DNA of 64,000 bases from Escherichia coli (GCA_009729775.1 GCA_009729775.1_4081.1); one strand, 5' to 3'. Shown: positions 40,544-50,667, counted from the first letter of the stretch. The notes: generated by a model from the letters alone, not told the origin. Numbers and translations: made by a program.

Positions 40544-41080
40544 TCATACTCCTGCTCTAATTAATGCACCGTACCATGTAACTCCTTTATCATATGTTTC
40601 TAATGAAATAATATCTTTTTCACCAATTTCATAAGAAAGAACAACTGGTCTATTATATGACCATTTAACATTTGAACCCCAATTAACGAGGTTAGACCCT
40701 GTTTGCTGAGTTAATAGGATAGTAATTGAATAAACTTCAGTAGGAGCAGAACCAATAGCAATAGTGGTATTTCTATCAGATAAATTAATATTAAAAACTG
40801 TATTACCTGATAGGGGATTAATTAAAATATTATTAGAACTCAATACATTATATAACTTGTTACTAGCACTATCATACAATGTTACCCATTCTGTTTCATG
40901 ATTCTCATTAGTAGCTTTAGCTTTTATTTTTACATTATTTTCGGAAGAAGTCATTCCAGTCCAGCCAGAAATAATAAAAGAACTGTTTTTATTTGTTCCA
41001 AATGATGCAATTACCGAATCACTAAGAGAACTATCTTCACCGTCAATAGATCCGAGTACTGACAATGTTAAAACCATCAT
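40544..41080 (-). CDS. fibre-like S/T/N-rich protein (178 aa), possibly 3' part of a frameshifted gene
   Basis: No SD before ATG 41080; upstream ORF 41043..41243 ends inside an A5 run one frame away. Confidence 0.5.
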   Translation of the reverse strand: MMVLTLSVLGSIDGEDSSLSDSVIASFGTNKNSSFIISGWTGMTSSENNVKIKAKATNENHETEWVTLYDSASNKLYNVLSSNNILINPLSGNTVFNINLSDRNTTIAIGSAPTEVYSITILLTQQTGSNLVNWGSNVKWSYNRPVVLSYEIGEKDIISLETYDKGVTWYGALIRAGV

Positions 41081-41243
41081 TTTTAATGTCTACGCCAGTT
41101 GCACCTGAAAAATTATTTTGAAATTTAATAACTCCGGTAGTGTGGATATCTGTGAAAATTTGTTGTGCCATACTTAATCCTTGCGTTAATTTATATTGAG
41201 TATTTATCGAGTATAATGGCATTTTTAGTACCATTATACTCAT
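41043..41243 (-). CDS. small ORF (66 aa), possibly 5' part of a frameshifted gene
   Basis: Starts 5 nt after stop of upstream NTase gene; terminates within overlap with 40544..41080. Confidence 0.35.
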   Translation of the reverse strand: MSIMVLKMPLYSINTQYKLTQGLSMAQQIFTDIHTTGVIKFQNNFSGATGVDIKNDGFNIVSTRIY

Positions 41244-41248
41244 GTATA

Positions 41249-42481
41249 TTACTTATACCATTGCATTTCTCTGATATCAATGATAATTTTTGATGCTAAT
41301 TTAATGTTTGGTTTTTTGGGAAGTACTGATTTCTTATATAGAACATCACGAATGTATTGTACTTTATCATCGAAATATTCTAATACTTCTTCATACTTCC
41401 ACTTACCATTACGAATATCCATCAACATTTGTGCATCAGGTCGTTTAACTTGAATAATTCCACTCTGTAATGCTTCTTCTGCACTATTCAAAAGTCTAAT
41501 TGTGTGCATAGCATGTTTGCAATCGAATCCGTGTTGTGATTCTAAAATAGCACGTTTGGCATTACGATTTTCTTTCCATTTATGATAACTTTTCCTATTC
41601 TCACTATTTTCCTGATATTCTTTTTCGTTAAATTTTACAATTAGTTCTGGTTTGGTTTTCAACTCTTCAGTACTACGCTCTTTAGAAAAATAACGCAATG
41701 AACCATCACCATTGATAGTACTTTCATTCGGATTTTTAATAATCGCAAAAATGTTTTCTCCGTAATGAATTAGTTCATAGCCATTATTAAAATTCAATAA
41801 ATTGAAATCACGATCTAGAATTTTATCAGTAGTGTAGTTATGCACTAATCTTACAAAATGATATTGCTTTAATGGATTTTTCGAAACTAACTGCAATGAC
41901 GTATCACGCATATATTTTTCAAAATCAATCTTTTTAGCATTAAATGGATGTAAGTTCGATGTATCTAAACGTTCAACAAGATATTGTGGAAATGAATCAT
42001 ACATCCACGCAAGAACCTCATCGACTGGGTGTTCTTCTAAAATCTCATTTAATCGTTTTTCAGCAATACGCTCTTTATCCATCCAACCGTGATGATTTGT
42101 CATACGCTTAATCTGATTATATGCATATCCAGTGTATGAAAATGCAATCTTGGAACTAAGAAGTTTTTGGTTAAATGAACGAAGATAGTCATAAATTTCA
42201 GTACTTTCAACAATGTGTTCAGGTTCAACCCAAAGTGATTCAAGAATATTAGGGTTAGCTTCAGTGTATAATTTTAAATACTGATTCAACTCATAGAATT
42301 TAGTATCTTCTTCGCTTTTATCAGCTACCTCTTTGACCTTATAGAAGGGTGTAAGAATAAATTCTTTATTAGCAAGAAAAATACCACGATAATCAGTATC
42401 ACTTTCAGGTGTACTGGTTCCGTAGGCTTGTGACCCAGCCAAGTGTTTCACTATTGTTTGTTCAATATATTGGTTATTCAT
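41249..42481 (-). CDS. Pol-beta-superfamily nucleotidyltransferase (410 aa)
   Basis: N-terminal GSQAYGTSTPESDTDYRG fits G-S-x(9-13)-D-x-D nucleotidyltransferase signature; rest unassigned. Confidence 0.6.
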   Translation of the reverse strand: MNNQYIEQTIVKHLAGSQAYGTSTPESDTDYRGIFLANKEFILTPFYKVKEVADKSEEDTKFYELNQYLKLYTEANPNILESLWVEPEHIVESTEIYDYLRSFNQKLLSSKIAFSYTGYAYNQIKRMTNHHGWMDKERIAEKRLNEILEEHPVDEVLAWMYDSFPQYLVERLDTSNLHPFNAKKIDFEKYMRDTSLQLVSKNPLKQYHFVRLVHNYTTDKILDRDFNLLNFNNGYELIHYGENIFAIIKNPNESTINGDGSLRYFSKERSTEELKTKPELIVKFNEKEYQENSENRKSYHKWKENRNAKRAILESQHGFDCKHAMHTIRLLNSAEEALQSGIIQVKRPDAQMLMDIRNGKWKYEEVLEYFDDKVQYIRDVLYKKSVLPKKPNIKLASKIIIDIREMQWYK

Positions 42482-42879
42482 AGATAAATTGTTAACTCCT
42501 TTAAGAAACCATTATAATAACGATTAAAGTCATGTTCTAATGTTTTATAATCATCAAAACTAAAACCTAAATTGATAATTGTATCTTCTTGAAAGAAAGT
42601 TTCTTCATTCATACATTCAATAGGTTCGTAATTAATTCCACCTTTGAAAACTTTTGTAAAAAACATTCCATCATTATTAATTTCAACATACATAAAATTA
42701 TTTTCTGGATCACGAGGACAGACGATATTCAGTGAACTATTTCCACTTGTATTGTACTCATAAGAAATTATATCAAAAGAATCAATACCATAACACTTAG
42801 ATTTTTCTTTATCGCCAAATACTTTTCTATCTGTACTCATATTGCGTATAGTGCTATAGATATCATCAACTGTAGTCAT
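42478..42879 (-). CDS. hypothetical protein (133 aa)
   Basis: ORF in track; 4-nt overlap with NTase gene. Confidence 0.45.
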   Translation of the reverse strand: MTTVDDIYSTIRNMSTDRKVFGDKEKSKCYGIDSFDIISYEYNTSGNSSLNIVCPRDPENNFMYVEINNDGMFFTKVFKGGINYEPIECMNEETFFQEDTIINLGFSFDDYKTLEHDFNRYYNGFLKELTIYL

Positions 42880-42881
42880 AG

Positions 42882-43391
42882 TTAACCACCATACTTTGAC
42901 TTGTATGTTTCAAGTGATAAAGATATACGATTTTGCTTTTTAATTCTTTCATCAATATCCTTTGAATTCTTCACACTTCGGTATACGTCAGCTAATAAAT
43001 TATAATCTTCTTTATTTGAGCTATGCTGTGTCCAACCTATGTCTGTTTTAATACGAACACTTGCTTTATTTGACGAGTAAAAGAAACTGAAACCATTTGA
43101 CCCATCAAAAATATCAAAAGTATCTACCCAATCACCATAAGGAAAACTCATTGGGACTGACTCGTGGTCGATTGTGATATCCGATAAATTTTTTGAACAG
43201 TACTTCGCAAAGTGATAAACGATTGGATCACATTTTGATAATTCGTATTTGTATTCAATGATAGTTTTTCTATTAGCATCATTGATAGCATATTCTTTTA
43301 TCAATGGACTTTTTTTGATGATAAGAGTCCATAGAAACGATTCTAATCCGGTTTCATCAACTTTTTGTTTCTTTTTGAAAAATGAAATCAT
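42882..43391 (-). CDS. small-protein paralog family member 3 (169 aa)
   Basis: Shares block xxD(N/D)DR(K/R)xxI(E/D)xKYxLSK with 43388..43909 and 43916..44482. Confidence 0.5.
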   Translation of the reverse strand: MISFFKKKQKVDETGLESFLWTLIIKKSPLIKEYAINDANRKTIIEYKYELSKCDPIVYHFAKYCSKNLSDITIDHESVPMSFPYGDWVDTFDIFDGSNGFSFFYSSNKASVRIKTDIGWTQHSSNKEDYNLLADVYRSVKNSKDIDERIKKQNRISLSLETYKSKYGG

Positions 43392-43909
43392 TTATATAAA
43401 CCCTTAATTTTCTGTCTATTATGTATATCATTTTGCTGGATTTTCAATTTAGTAAGGTTGTTTCTTACACCTTCAACTCCACGCATTATTTGTAACATAA
43501 TTAGTGATTCGTCATATGTTAGTACATTGCTATTATTATCGATATATACTTTCACTCCACTTTCAAGATAATCATTTTCTTTGGAGTTAAAGTTTCTAAT
43601 AACAAACTTAACGCCATTTGATGTATCACTGAAAACATATCGTTCCGCACCGTAGAATGTTTTTCCACGAAATAAACCGCCGTCTTCCCACTTCCAACGA
43701 CTAGATTCATAATCATTAACGTAATCAATGATTAAAGAAAGTAAAGGATGTTTGCTCAATTTATATTTTGCATCTAACAGGATACGTCTATCATTATCTG
43801 TGGTAATAATATCCTTTAGTGAGTAGCTTTTAGATATAATTTTAAAGATAATTTCATGCCAAATTAAAGTACTGTTTTGTTTTCCAACTGATCCAAAAAA
43901 CATATCCAT
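43388..43909 (-). CDS. small-protein paralog family member 2 (173 aa)
   Basis: Paralog block TDNDRRILLDAKYKLSK; SxRWKWEDGG. Confidence 0.5.
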   Translation of the reverse strand: MDMFFGSVGKQNSTLIWHEIIFKIISKSYSLKDIITTDNDRRILLDAKYKLSKHPLLSLIIDYVNDYESSRWKWEDGGLFRGKTFYGAERYVFSDTSNGVKFVIRNFNSKENDYLESGVKVYIDNNSNVLTYDESLIMLQIMRGVEGVRNNLTKLKIQQNDIHNRQKIKGLYK

Positions 43910-43915
43910 TCCTCA

Positions 43916-44482
43916 TTAGTATAAATCAGTAATGTCTTTGTATGCATTAATCTGTTTTTGTTGTAATGAAAGTTCATTGAGTTTAGTTACCATTTTATCT
44001 ACACCAACACGTGTATAGAAAATAATAAATGAATCTAAATTGCCTAGAGTAATTCTTGAACTGAAATTTGAAAGTTTTCTTGCATAAACATAAATTTCTT
44101 CTTCACTTGGTAAACGTTTCTCAATCGGCCAGCTTTCCACACCATTCGGCTCATAATCGATTTCAAATTCAACTCCCATCACTGTGTCTTGAATGCGATC
44201 CGTATATGAACCACCGTAAAAATACTCTCTTGGTTTGGATCTCCAACGAGGACTAAATGGGTCAGTTGCGTATTCTTTTACAAATTTGTAAAAGGACATT
44301 TTACTGAGCATATACTTCATCTCAATTAGTGCTTTGCGGTCATCATCAGTTTTAAACTCTGCTTTTAGCGATGGACTTTTACACAGTAACTTAACTAAAT
44401 TGTTGTACATCTTTAATGTACGTTGTTCTTTCATTTCTTTGATTTTGTGACGTTTTGGTGGTGGTAATAAAGATTTGACCAT
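43916..44482 (-). CDS. small-protein paralog family member 1 (188 aa)
   Basis: Paralog block TDDDRKALIEMKYMLSK; SPRWRSKPRE; AGGAGG SD. Confidence 0.5.
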   Translation of the reverse strand: MVKSLLPPPKRHKIKEMKEQRTLKMYNNLVKLLCKSPSLKAEFKTDDDRKALIEMKYMLSKMSFYKFVKEYATDPFSPRWRSKPREYFYGGSYTDRIQDTVMGVEFEIDYEPNGVESWPIEKRLPSEEEIYVYARKLSNFSSRITLGNLDSFIIFYTRVGVDKMVTKLNELSLQQKQINAYKDITDLY

Positions 44483-44524
44483 AATTTCCTCCTATTTTTA
44501 TTCAATTATACACATAAAAGAAAA

Positions 44525-44553
44525 GCCCGTCAATAGACGAGCTTTAAATTTAT
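44525..44553 (-). promoter_or_regulatory. near-consensus sigma70 promoter (-35 TTGACG, 17 bp, -10 TATAAT)
   Basis: Read on minus strand; about 40 nt upstream of ATG 44482; -35 lies inside the upstream terminator hairpin. Confidence 0.5.
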
Positions 44554-44565
44554 TTCCAACGTGTG
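44542..44565 (-). terminator. rho-independent terminator overlapping fibre gene stop
   Basis: 10-bp stem with one mismatch, 4-nt loop, followed on minus strand by TTTTCTTTT. Confidence 0.55.
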
Positions 44566-47279
44566 CCTGGACCTGATGGTACACCAGTACTGGCAGGTAT
44601 CGCTGAACCACGTTTCGTTGTACTTGGACGATATGTCAAAAAACGAGTTACTTTTTCTGTATCAATTGAATTTATTCCTGAAGTTCCAGTAACTATCTTA
44701 CCAATGTAAGTGCTAGTTAAAGATTCATCAATTGTTTCAGTACTAATAACATATGACGCTTTCTTAGTATTCCTGTTCATTTGTATATACAAATAGAACG
44801 TAGTATTAGCTGGATTACTTTTTACAGTACTTAAATCAACACTTTGTATAGGTAGTCTGTCGAAAATTCCACCTAAAAACACCGGAACTTCACGTGTAAA
44901 GTACACTGAGAATCCTTGTGCAACGTCTTGTGATACTACCACAATCTTTTCTTTAACGCTACCATTTCCGCTAATTAAACCATCCATTTCAGCAGATGTT
45001 GTACCAAAAACGCTGAATACAGATTTGGTTTGATAGTCAGAATCTTGAAAATTGTAATATCCAAAACCAACACCAGGAATAACACCATGTTGATATGCTG
45101 CACCAAGTTGGATGTAACTAGATGATAAAAAACGATTTGATGTTATGACACCATCTACTGTTTTAGCTATCATCATCTTAAATTGTGCATTACCTGGTTG
45201 TGAAAATTGATGTACGGCATCAACACCAATGTAACCAAATCCTGAATATTTTGCAACTGTTAGACCAGTACAACGTTTCATATATGCTTCAGTAATAATT
45301 CCTGTAACAGAACTCAGTGTTTCATATCTAGTACTCACCAATGTAGCTGAAGTTATGTTAGTTCCAGATAATACAACATCAACTTCGGCATAGATTGCAT
45401 AACCTTGGTTATTGTTAAGATTATATGCTGAAACTACTGCGATGGATTTAGAAAAAGTATTATCAGGTACATAATATAATACAATTTGTCCAGATAGTGT
45501 ACCAACAATGCCAGAGTTTCCTATATTAGCAAAAATATCTTGTTTTAATGATTCTAATACCGTTGGTTCTATTGTATATGTTTCATCAAATTCTAAAGTA
45601 TCTGGATTTAATAATCCACCACTTGTTTTATATACACCTTCAATGAATGATGTTCCATAGCATCTAACACTACCATCGGTATCAACAAGAGAAATCATAG
45701 CAGTGTATGTAAAATCATCGCCTATTTGTTTACGATTAGATTGTGGTGCAAAACCATTTAATGTAGTATTATGTTGAACTGAGTTATATTGATATGTTGG
45801 TTGTGAACCTATTTCAGAAAAAACAGTATTATTATAATTATATGTTACATCATCATACGTACCAGAACATGCTAATAATATTTTTCTATTATCGATGAAA
45901 CGTACACCTAAAAGGTTTGCACCAACAGCACTACCAAAAACTGGTAAAACGTTTGCATTTATAACATTACTTGCGGATCTAGTACTGGCAACCCATGAAT
46001 CAAACGGTGTACCACTAACCTTATATCGTTGTAGACCATAAAATTCAGTTGAACTCCATCTAAATTTAGATGCAAATACCAAACCATCTTTAGTTTGACA
46101 TAAACCACCTGCGTTTCCTAATACGCCAGCAGCAGTTGTCCCGGTGAAGTTGACCATATCAATTTCAAAAGGGTTAGAAACTTGAAATCCATTATTATAT
46201 GAAACAGTCGCAGGTGCACGAGCACTACCATCTAGGGACATAGATTTTGAGTTTATATTATAAACAAAACTTATGCCAGTACCATAAACTGTTGAAATAT
46301 ACAAAGGTGTAACCATTCGATGTGTTGGATATAAAGTTACACGTATTTTTGATAAATCAGGACTAACGTTGGCTTGTATATTAAAGTCTGTATAATCTGA
46401 AAATTCTACACGTGATACGGGTGATGTAACTTCGAATAATGAATCCGAGCTAGTACCAACACTATATAATTTATCGAACACTCTTATGTTATTAGATGCA
46501 GAATAACTTGTGTTTCGAACAGTTTGTCCTGATAACCCAGTAACTTTTGTTAATGATGCCATTGAGCTTGCTTTCACATCACTTAGCTCTACTGTGTAAA
46601 TGGAAAGTGCTAATCCCAAATTAGAAACACTCTTATCTTTACACCAAATATAAACCTTTGTCCCAACAATATGTGTATATATTGGCATATCATTACCAAA
46701 AGAAGTACTTGGTACTTTAGCATGAATATGTGATATTTCGTTAAATGTACCATTGGTTATAGTGAAAATATAATTATCTTCAGTACTTAAACACCCAAGC
46801 ATTTCATAACCATTAGAGCCAATAAAGTACTTAATATTTTCAGTACTACTCATAATTGAAGGTTTATACATTGAATTGGTTGAAATAACACTTTCTTGTG
46901 AAATCATAGTTATATTTCTGATTTCTCGTATAAATGAATAATAAAAACCTTTAGTACTACCATTGGTTCCGCTACGCAGAACAACGGCGGTTCCATCATC
47001 TTCAATAATTGTTGGCTGAACTACTTGGTCACTTGACATAGGTGTAGCACCTTCATACGACCCACTTACGTTTAATGGTAAGTAATCCATTTCTCCTATA
47101 CGTGATATAGGCAACATATCTAAAATACTTTGAACTTCAGAACGCTTATATATTGGATATTGAACAATTCCAGTATTGGCATTCGGTGAGGTTCCATTAA
47201 AAGTACGCATAGCGTACCTTTGTCCAATTGCCAAGTTCCCAAGGATCTCGGCACTTCCTATAATTCGTTTTGATGACAT
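44550..47279 (-). CDS. tail fibre protein (about 909 aa)
   Basis: Track ORF 44550..47369; start at Met31 (47279) avoids overlap; N-terminus paralogous to 47895..50591; conserved C-terminal module shared with two neighbours. Confidence 0.6.
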   Translation of the reverse strand: MSSKRIIGSAEILGNLAIGQRYAMRTFNGTSPNANTGIVQYPIYKRSEVQSILDMLPISRIGEMDYLPLNVSGSYEGATPMSSDQVVQPTIIEDDGTAVVLRSGTNGSTKGFYYSFIREIRNITMISQESVISTNSMYKPSIMSSTENIKYFIGSNGYEMLGCLSTEDNYIFTITNGTFNEISHIHAKVPSTSFGNDMPIYTHIVGTKVYIWCKDKSVSNLGLALSIYTVELSDVKASSMASLTKVTGLSGQTVRNTSYSASNNIRVFDKLYSVGTSSDSLFEVTSPVSRVEFSDYTDFNIQANVSPDLSKIRVTLYPTHRMVTPLYISTVYGTGISFVYNINSKSMSLDGSARAPATVSYNNGFQVSNPFEIDMVNFTGTTAAGVLGNAGGLCQTKDGLVFASKFRWSSTEFYGLQRYKVSGTPFDSWVASTRSASNVINANVLPVFGSAVGANLLGVRFIDNRKILLACSGTYDDVTYNYNNTVFSEIGSQPTYQYNSVQHNTTLNGFAPQSNRKQIGDDFTYTAMISLVDTDGSVRCYGTSFIEGVYKTSGGLLNPDTLEFDETYTIEPTVLESLKQDIFANIGNSGIVGTLSGQIVLYYVPDNTFSKSIAVVSAYNLNNNQGYAIYAEVDVVLSGTNITSATLVSTRYETLSSVTGIITEAYMKRCTGLTVAKYSGFGYIGVDAVHQFSQPGNAQFKMMIAKTVDGVITSNRFLSSSYIQLGAAYQHGVIPGVGFGYYNFQDSDYQTKSVFSVFGTTSAEMDGLISGNGSVKEKIVVVSQDVAQGFSVYFTREVPVFLGGIFDRLPIQSVDLSTVKSNPANTTFYLYIQMNRNTKKASYVISTETIDESLTSTYIGKIVTGTSGINSIDTEKVTRFLTYRPSTTKRGSAIPASTGVPSGPGTRWK

Positions 47280-47295
47280 CTTTCTTTTCCTTAAT

Positions 47296-47883
47296 TTACC
47301 AACCAATTGTACCAGTTTCTGATGGTTTTCCAGTACTGACTGGGAATGAAGAACCTTTTTGTGTAACACTAGGTCTATATGTACTAAATCTGGATACTTT
47401 ATTAATGTTTATATTTGTAATACCACTTGTACCAACGGTCAGTGTTCCAATAAACATTATAATTTCAGATTCTTGTATTTGTGTTGGTGATATTTTATAA
47501 ATTGGTTCACCGAGAACTAACGTTGCATATACGTATTGTGTTTGTGTTCCAGATGAAACTGTTGAAGCAAAAATAGAAACTGCTGGAAATTTATAAAGAT
47601 AACCACCAATAAATGATGGTATCTGTCTATTAAATGTAAGACTATATCCAGATGAAGTGATATTTAGACTTGCATCATCATACAATTCACCGTATTGTGT
47701 GAGGGGTAATCCATTTACAATAAAATTAACTTCATCTTTAGTAATAGAGGGGAATGTACATTCCCCATTTGAATTTGTTGGGTAATAAGTCATATTATTA
47801 CCTAATACACCAAGTCCAGTACTTTTACCTTGTACTGTAACTTGTTGCATTGCCTTAAGGTCTGCTCTTATTTTATATGCCAT
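47296..47883 (-). CDS. short fibre-like protein (195 aa) carrying the shared C-terminal module
   Basis: C-terminus KVSRFSTYRPSVTQKGSSFPVSTGKPSETGTIGW matches C-termini of both large fibres. Confidence 0.55.
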   Translation of the reverse strand: MAYKIRADLKAMQQVTVQGKSTGLGVLGNNMTYYPTNSNGECTFPSITKDEVNFIVNGLPLTQYGELYDDASLNITSSGYSLTFNRQIPSFIGGYLYKFPAVSIFASTVSSGTQTQYVYATLVLGEPIYKISPTQIQESEIIMFIGTLTVGTSGITNININKVSRFSTYRPSVTQKGSSFPVSTGKPSETGTIGW

Positions 47884-47894
47884 TATGTAATCCT

Positions 47895-50591
47895 TTACCA
47901 GTTTATGGTTCCTGTTTGTGATGGTAGACCGTAGCTAACTGGGAACGATGAACCTGCTGATTCAAGTGAAGCACCAAATATATCTAAACGGGAACGTTTT
48001 TGTATATTAATTGTTTCGATTTGAATTGCATTAGTTTGAATAGTACCTATCCAAAAAATATTATATGCAGTTGTTCCTGTTTCAGAAATAACATCAGTAG
48101 TTATGTAATAGTTTGCCAATCCTTGTTCCAATTTAACATATACATAGAATGTTGTATTTGCTGGATTAGACTTAATAGTTCTCAAATCAATATTTGAAAC
48201 TGGTAGTGAAAATGACTTACCTGAAAGAATAACAGGTGTTTCCTCAGTAAAATAAACAATAAATCCTTGTGCAACGTCCTGTGACACTAAGTTAATTGGG
48301 CTACCTTGAGCAGTCCAGTTATTATAGTCTGTAATCGTTGTCCCATATTTTTTGAATGTCATTTTATTTGAGTAATCCATTGGCTCCAAAATTCCAAAAC
48401 CAATACCAGGTAATGCTGCGGGTTGACTTCCTTGTTCATAACTGGCATGAGATCCAGTAATAATAAAACTTGTAAATTGTGCAGTTGATTTAGTTACATA
48501 TGCTCTAAATTGATGAGTTGCAGTATTACCTATTGTTGGATGTGTTAATGGGTCAGAACCACCAATGAAGTAGAATGAACCACCATCATATATTGTCAAA
48601 CCAACAGAAGAAGATGCAATCGAACCATTCCCATTTGGTGTAAAGTTATCACCATATGTATTTTCAAGTACTAAACGCTTGAATGTAATAGATGTAATAT
48701 TACCAACTCTAGTATTAACATTAACTTCAGCAATTCTAATATAGTTTCTATAATCATTAGTAACTGTACTCAACATAACGAAAGCAGGAATGTCTGTTTG
48801 TTGCGGAACAAATAGTGTCATATCACGGTATGCTTGTGCTGATAAATTCCAATCACTTAGAACTTTCGCATATTCAGCATTTCTAAAATTATCAAGTACT
48901 GATTGTGTTACACTTATAATACCTGTACCATTTAAGTTTTTATCATAGGATAAAGATTGTGAATAACGTTGTCCAACCATAAAAATACCACCATTGGTTG
49001 TGACAGTTGACCCAGAAATACTACTAATAAAAATTCTATTATTTGCATTATCATCAACATTAGCACGTTCAACTGTAGGTTCATAACCTTGTATTGTTCC
49101 TAAAGATAATGATTTAAATGTAAAATTAGGAGTACTTTTATGAACTGCATATGATGGTCTAAATCCACCACTACCCGAAGCACGTGAATATTGTTTAGTA
49201 CTGTTATCTGGTAGTAATTCCACACCATTAATAAATGAGCCTACGGCTGAACCAAATGATGGACGAACTATTCCACCTTTGAAATCAGTTGATAGTACTG
49301 CACGGACATTCAGCATACTATAAACTATTTGAATAGGAAACTTAGCTTTTTGCATAAGTAATGGTTCTGCTAAGTTTGGACATGCAGTACAAAATGCTTC
49401 ACCAGAATTTAAATAAAAATAAGAACTGTAAATATTCCTTGCATTTGCATGGTTATACAATGGATCGTTATTTAAAACGTTACCAGTAGGAACTAATGCT
49501 GAACCAGTATCCGTTATAACTAATGGTGCTTGGTATGAACCAATATCATTACCCGCATCTAATGTACATTGTTTAGTACTCATATTGAATACAAAACTGT
49601 AACTATGTTGTGGTCGTGTATTATAAGTTGCCATTGTAAACCAAGCATCACCATTCATTCTAAAGCGGAAATTCTGTGTACCTGGCTGCTGTGCAACATA
49701 TAAATCGATTGATGTCATGTAAATCCCAATACCACGTAGATTTTTTGGAACATACACATAAGGTTTATCAGCGATATTCGTTGATGTTACCTGATTAGTT
49801 ATAACCATATTATTTTGTGCAGAATAAGTTGTATTATAAAATGTTTTAGTAGTCCATCCAGTAATACGAGTTGCTGTATAAGTGCCATTACTGATATTAT
49901 AAACAACTTTAACTACAACTAATTGTAATTGGTTATTTGCATTAAGTACGTTGAAAACATATATAGAACCATCTTCTGCCATCATAGCATATTCAATACC
50001 ACCTTCAGGTGATATATCTGCTTGGTTAACGAAAAAACCAGTATGCAATTTATCATCTAATGTACCATTGGTAATTGATATAAACAAACCATTAGTACTG
50101 TTAGAAGTGTCAATATATCTACCGAGTAAAATATTTGGATCAGTATTGTATAAACCAATCGCAACTCGATTTGAACCAAAAAATCCAGGCTTGTATTGAC
50201 GACTTGTGTTAATTGTACGGCTCATGTCATCAACTGATAATGCGTTAGCTAAATATGAATAAAATAATCCCTCAACACTACCGTTTGTCCCACTACGTAA
50301 AAGCACTAGTGTACCATCGTTTTCTAATAAAATTTTATTTCTACGTTGTGTCTGGTTTTCTGATGCACCATTGAAATCTCCAGAAACACCCGCAGGTAGA
50401 TAGTTTTGTGAACCATAATGGGAGATTGGCATCATACTTACTATATCTAGTACTTCATCTCTTGAATAAGTATCTAGCTCCATATTGCCATTAGCATCAA
50501 ATACTTGATCATTGATACCTTGTATTGTTCTTTTACCATTAACTGTCACATTATGTGTGACATCCAAGCCACCATATATTTTCTTTGACAT
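47895..50591 (-). CDS. tail fibre protein (898 aa)
   Basis: Long S/T/N/G-rich ORF; N-terminal region paralogous to 44550..47279; shared C-terminal module; canonical TATAAATA upstream. Confidence 0.6.
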   Translation of the reverse strand: MSKKIYGGLDVTHNVTVNGKRTIQGINDQVFDANGNMELDTYSRDEVLDIVSMMPISHYGSQNYLPAGVSGDFNGASENQTQRRNKILLENDGTLVLLRSGTNGSVEGLFYSYLANALSVDDMSRTINTSRQYKPGFFGSNRVAIGLYNTDPNILLGRYIDTSNSTNGLFISITNGTLDDKLHTGFFVNQADISPEGGIEYAMMAEDGSIYVFNVLNANNQLQLVVVKVVYNISNGTYTATRITGWTTKTFYNTTYSAQNNMVITNQVTSTNIADKPYVYVPKNLRGIGIYMTSIDLYVAQQPGTQNFRFRMNGDAWFTMATYNTRPQHSYSFVFNMSTKQCTLDAGNDIGSYQAPLVITDTGSALVPTGNVLNNDPLYNHANARNIYSSYFYLNSGEAFCTACPNLAEPLLMQKAKFPIQIVYSMLNVRAVLSTDFKGGIVRPSFGSAVGSFINGVELLPDNSTKQYSRASGSGGFRPSYAVHKSTPNFTFKSLSLGTIQGYEPTVERANVDDNANNRIFISSISGSTVTTNGGIFMVGQRYSQSLSYDKNLNGTGIISVTQSVLDNFRNAEYAKVLSDWNLSAQAYRDMTLFVPQQTDIPAFVMLSTVTNDYRNYIRIAEVNVNTRVGNITSITFKRLVLENTYGDNFTPNGNGSIASSSVGLTIYDGGSFYFIGGSDPLTHPTIGNTATHQFRAYVTKSTAQFTSFIITGSHASYEQGSQPAALPGIGFGILEPMDYSNKMTFKKYGTTITDYNNWTAQGSPINLVSQDVAQGFIVYFTEETPVILSGKSFSLPVSNIDLRTIKSNPANTTFYVYVKLEQGLANYYITTDVISETGTTAYNIFWIGTIQTNAIQIETINIQKRSRLDIFGASLESAGSSFPVSYGLPSQTGTINW

Positions 50592-50625
50592 TATATATCC
50601 CTTATAAATTAGATATTAGTTAATG

Positions 50626-50633
50626 TATTTATA
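50626..50633 (-). promoter_or_regulatory. T4-type late promoter TATAAATA
   Basis: Exact TATAAATA on minus strand 35 nt upstream of ATG 50591, directly after nrdG terminator. Confidence 0.5.
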
Positions 50634-50645
50634 TACATAACAAAA

Positions 50646-50665
50646 AAGCACCCAACGGGTGCTTA
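50646..50665 (-). terminator. rho-independent terminator after nrdG
   Basis: 8-bp stem AAGCACCC/GGGTGCTT, 3-4-nt loop, followed on minus strand by TTTTTT. Confidence 0.65.
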
Positions 50666-50667
50666 TG

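Noticed and set aside
44525-44534. Extended -10 (TGnTATAAT) reading of TGTGTATAAT
   Set aside because: The TG is offset by one position; the element was kept as an ordinary -35/-10 promoter instead.
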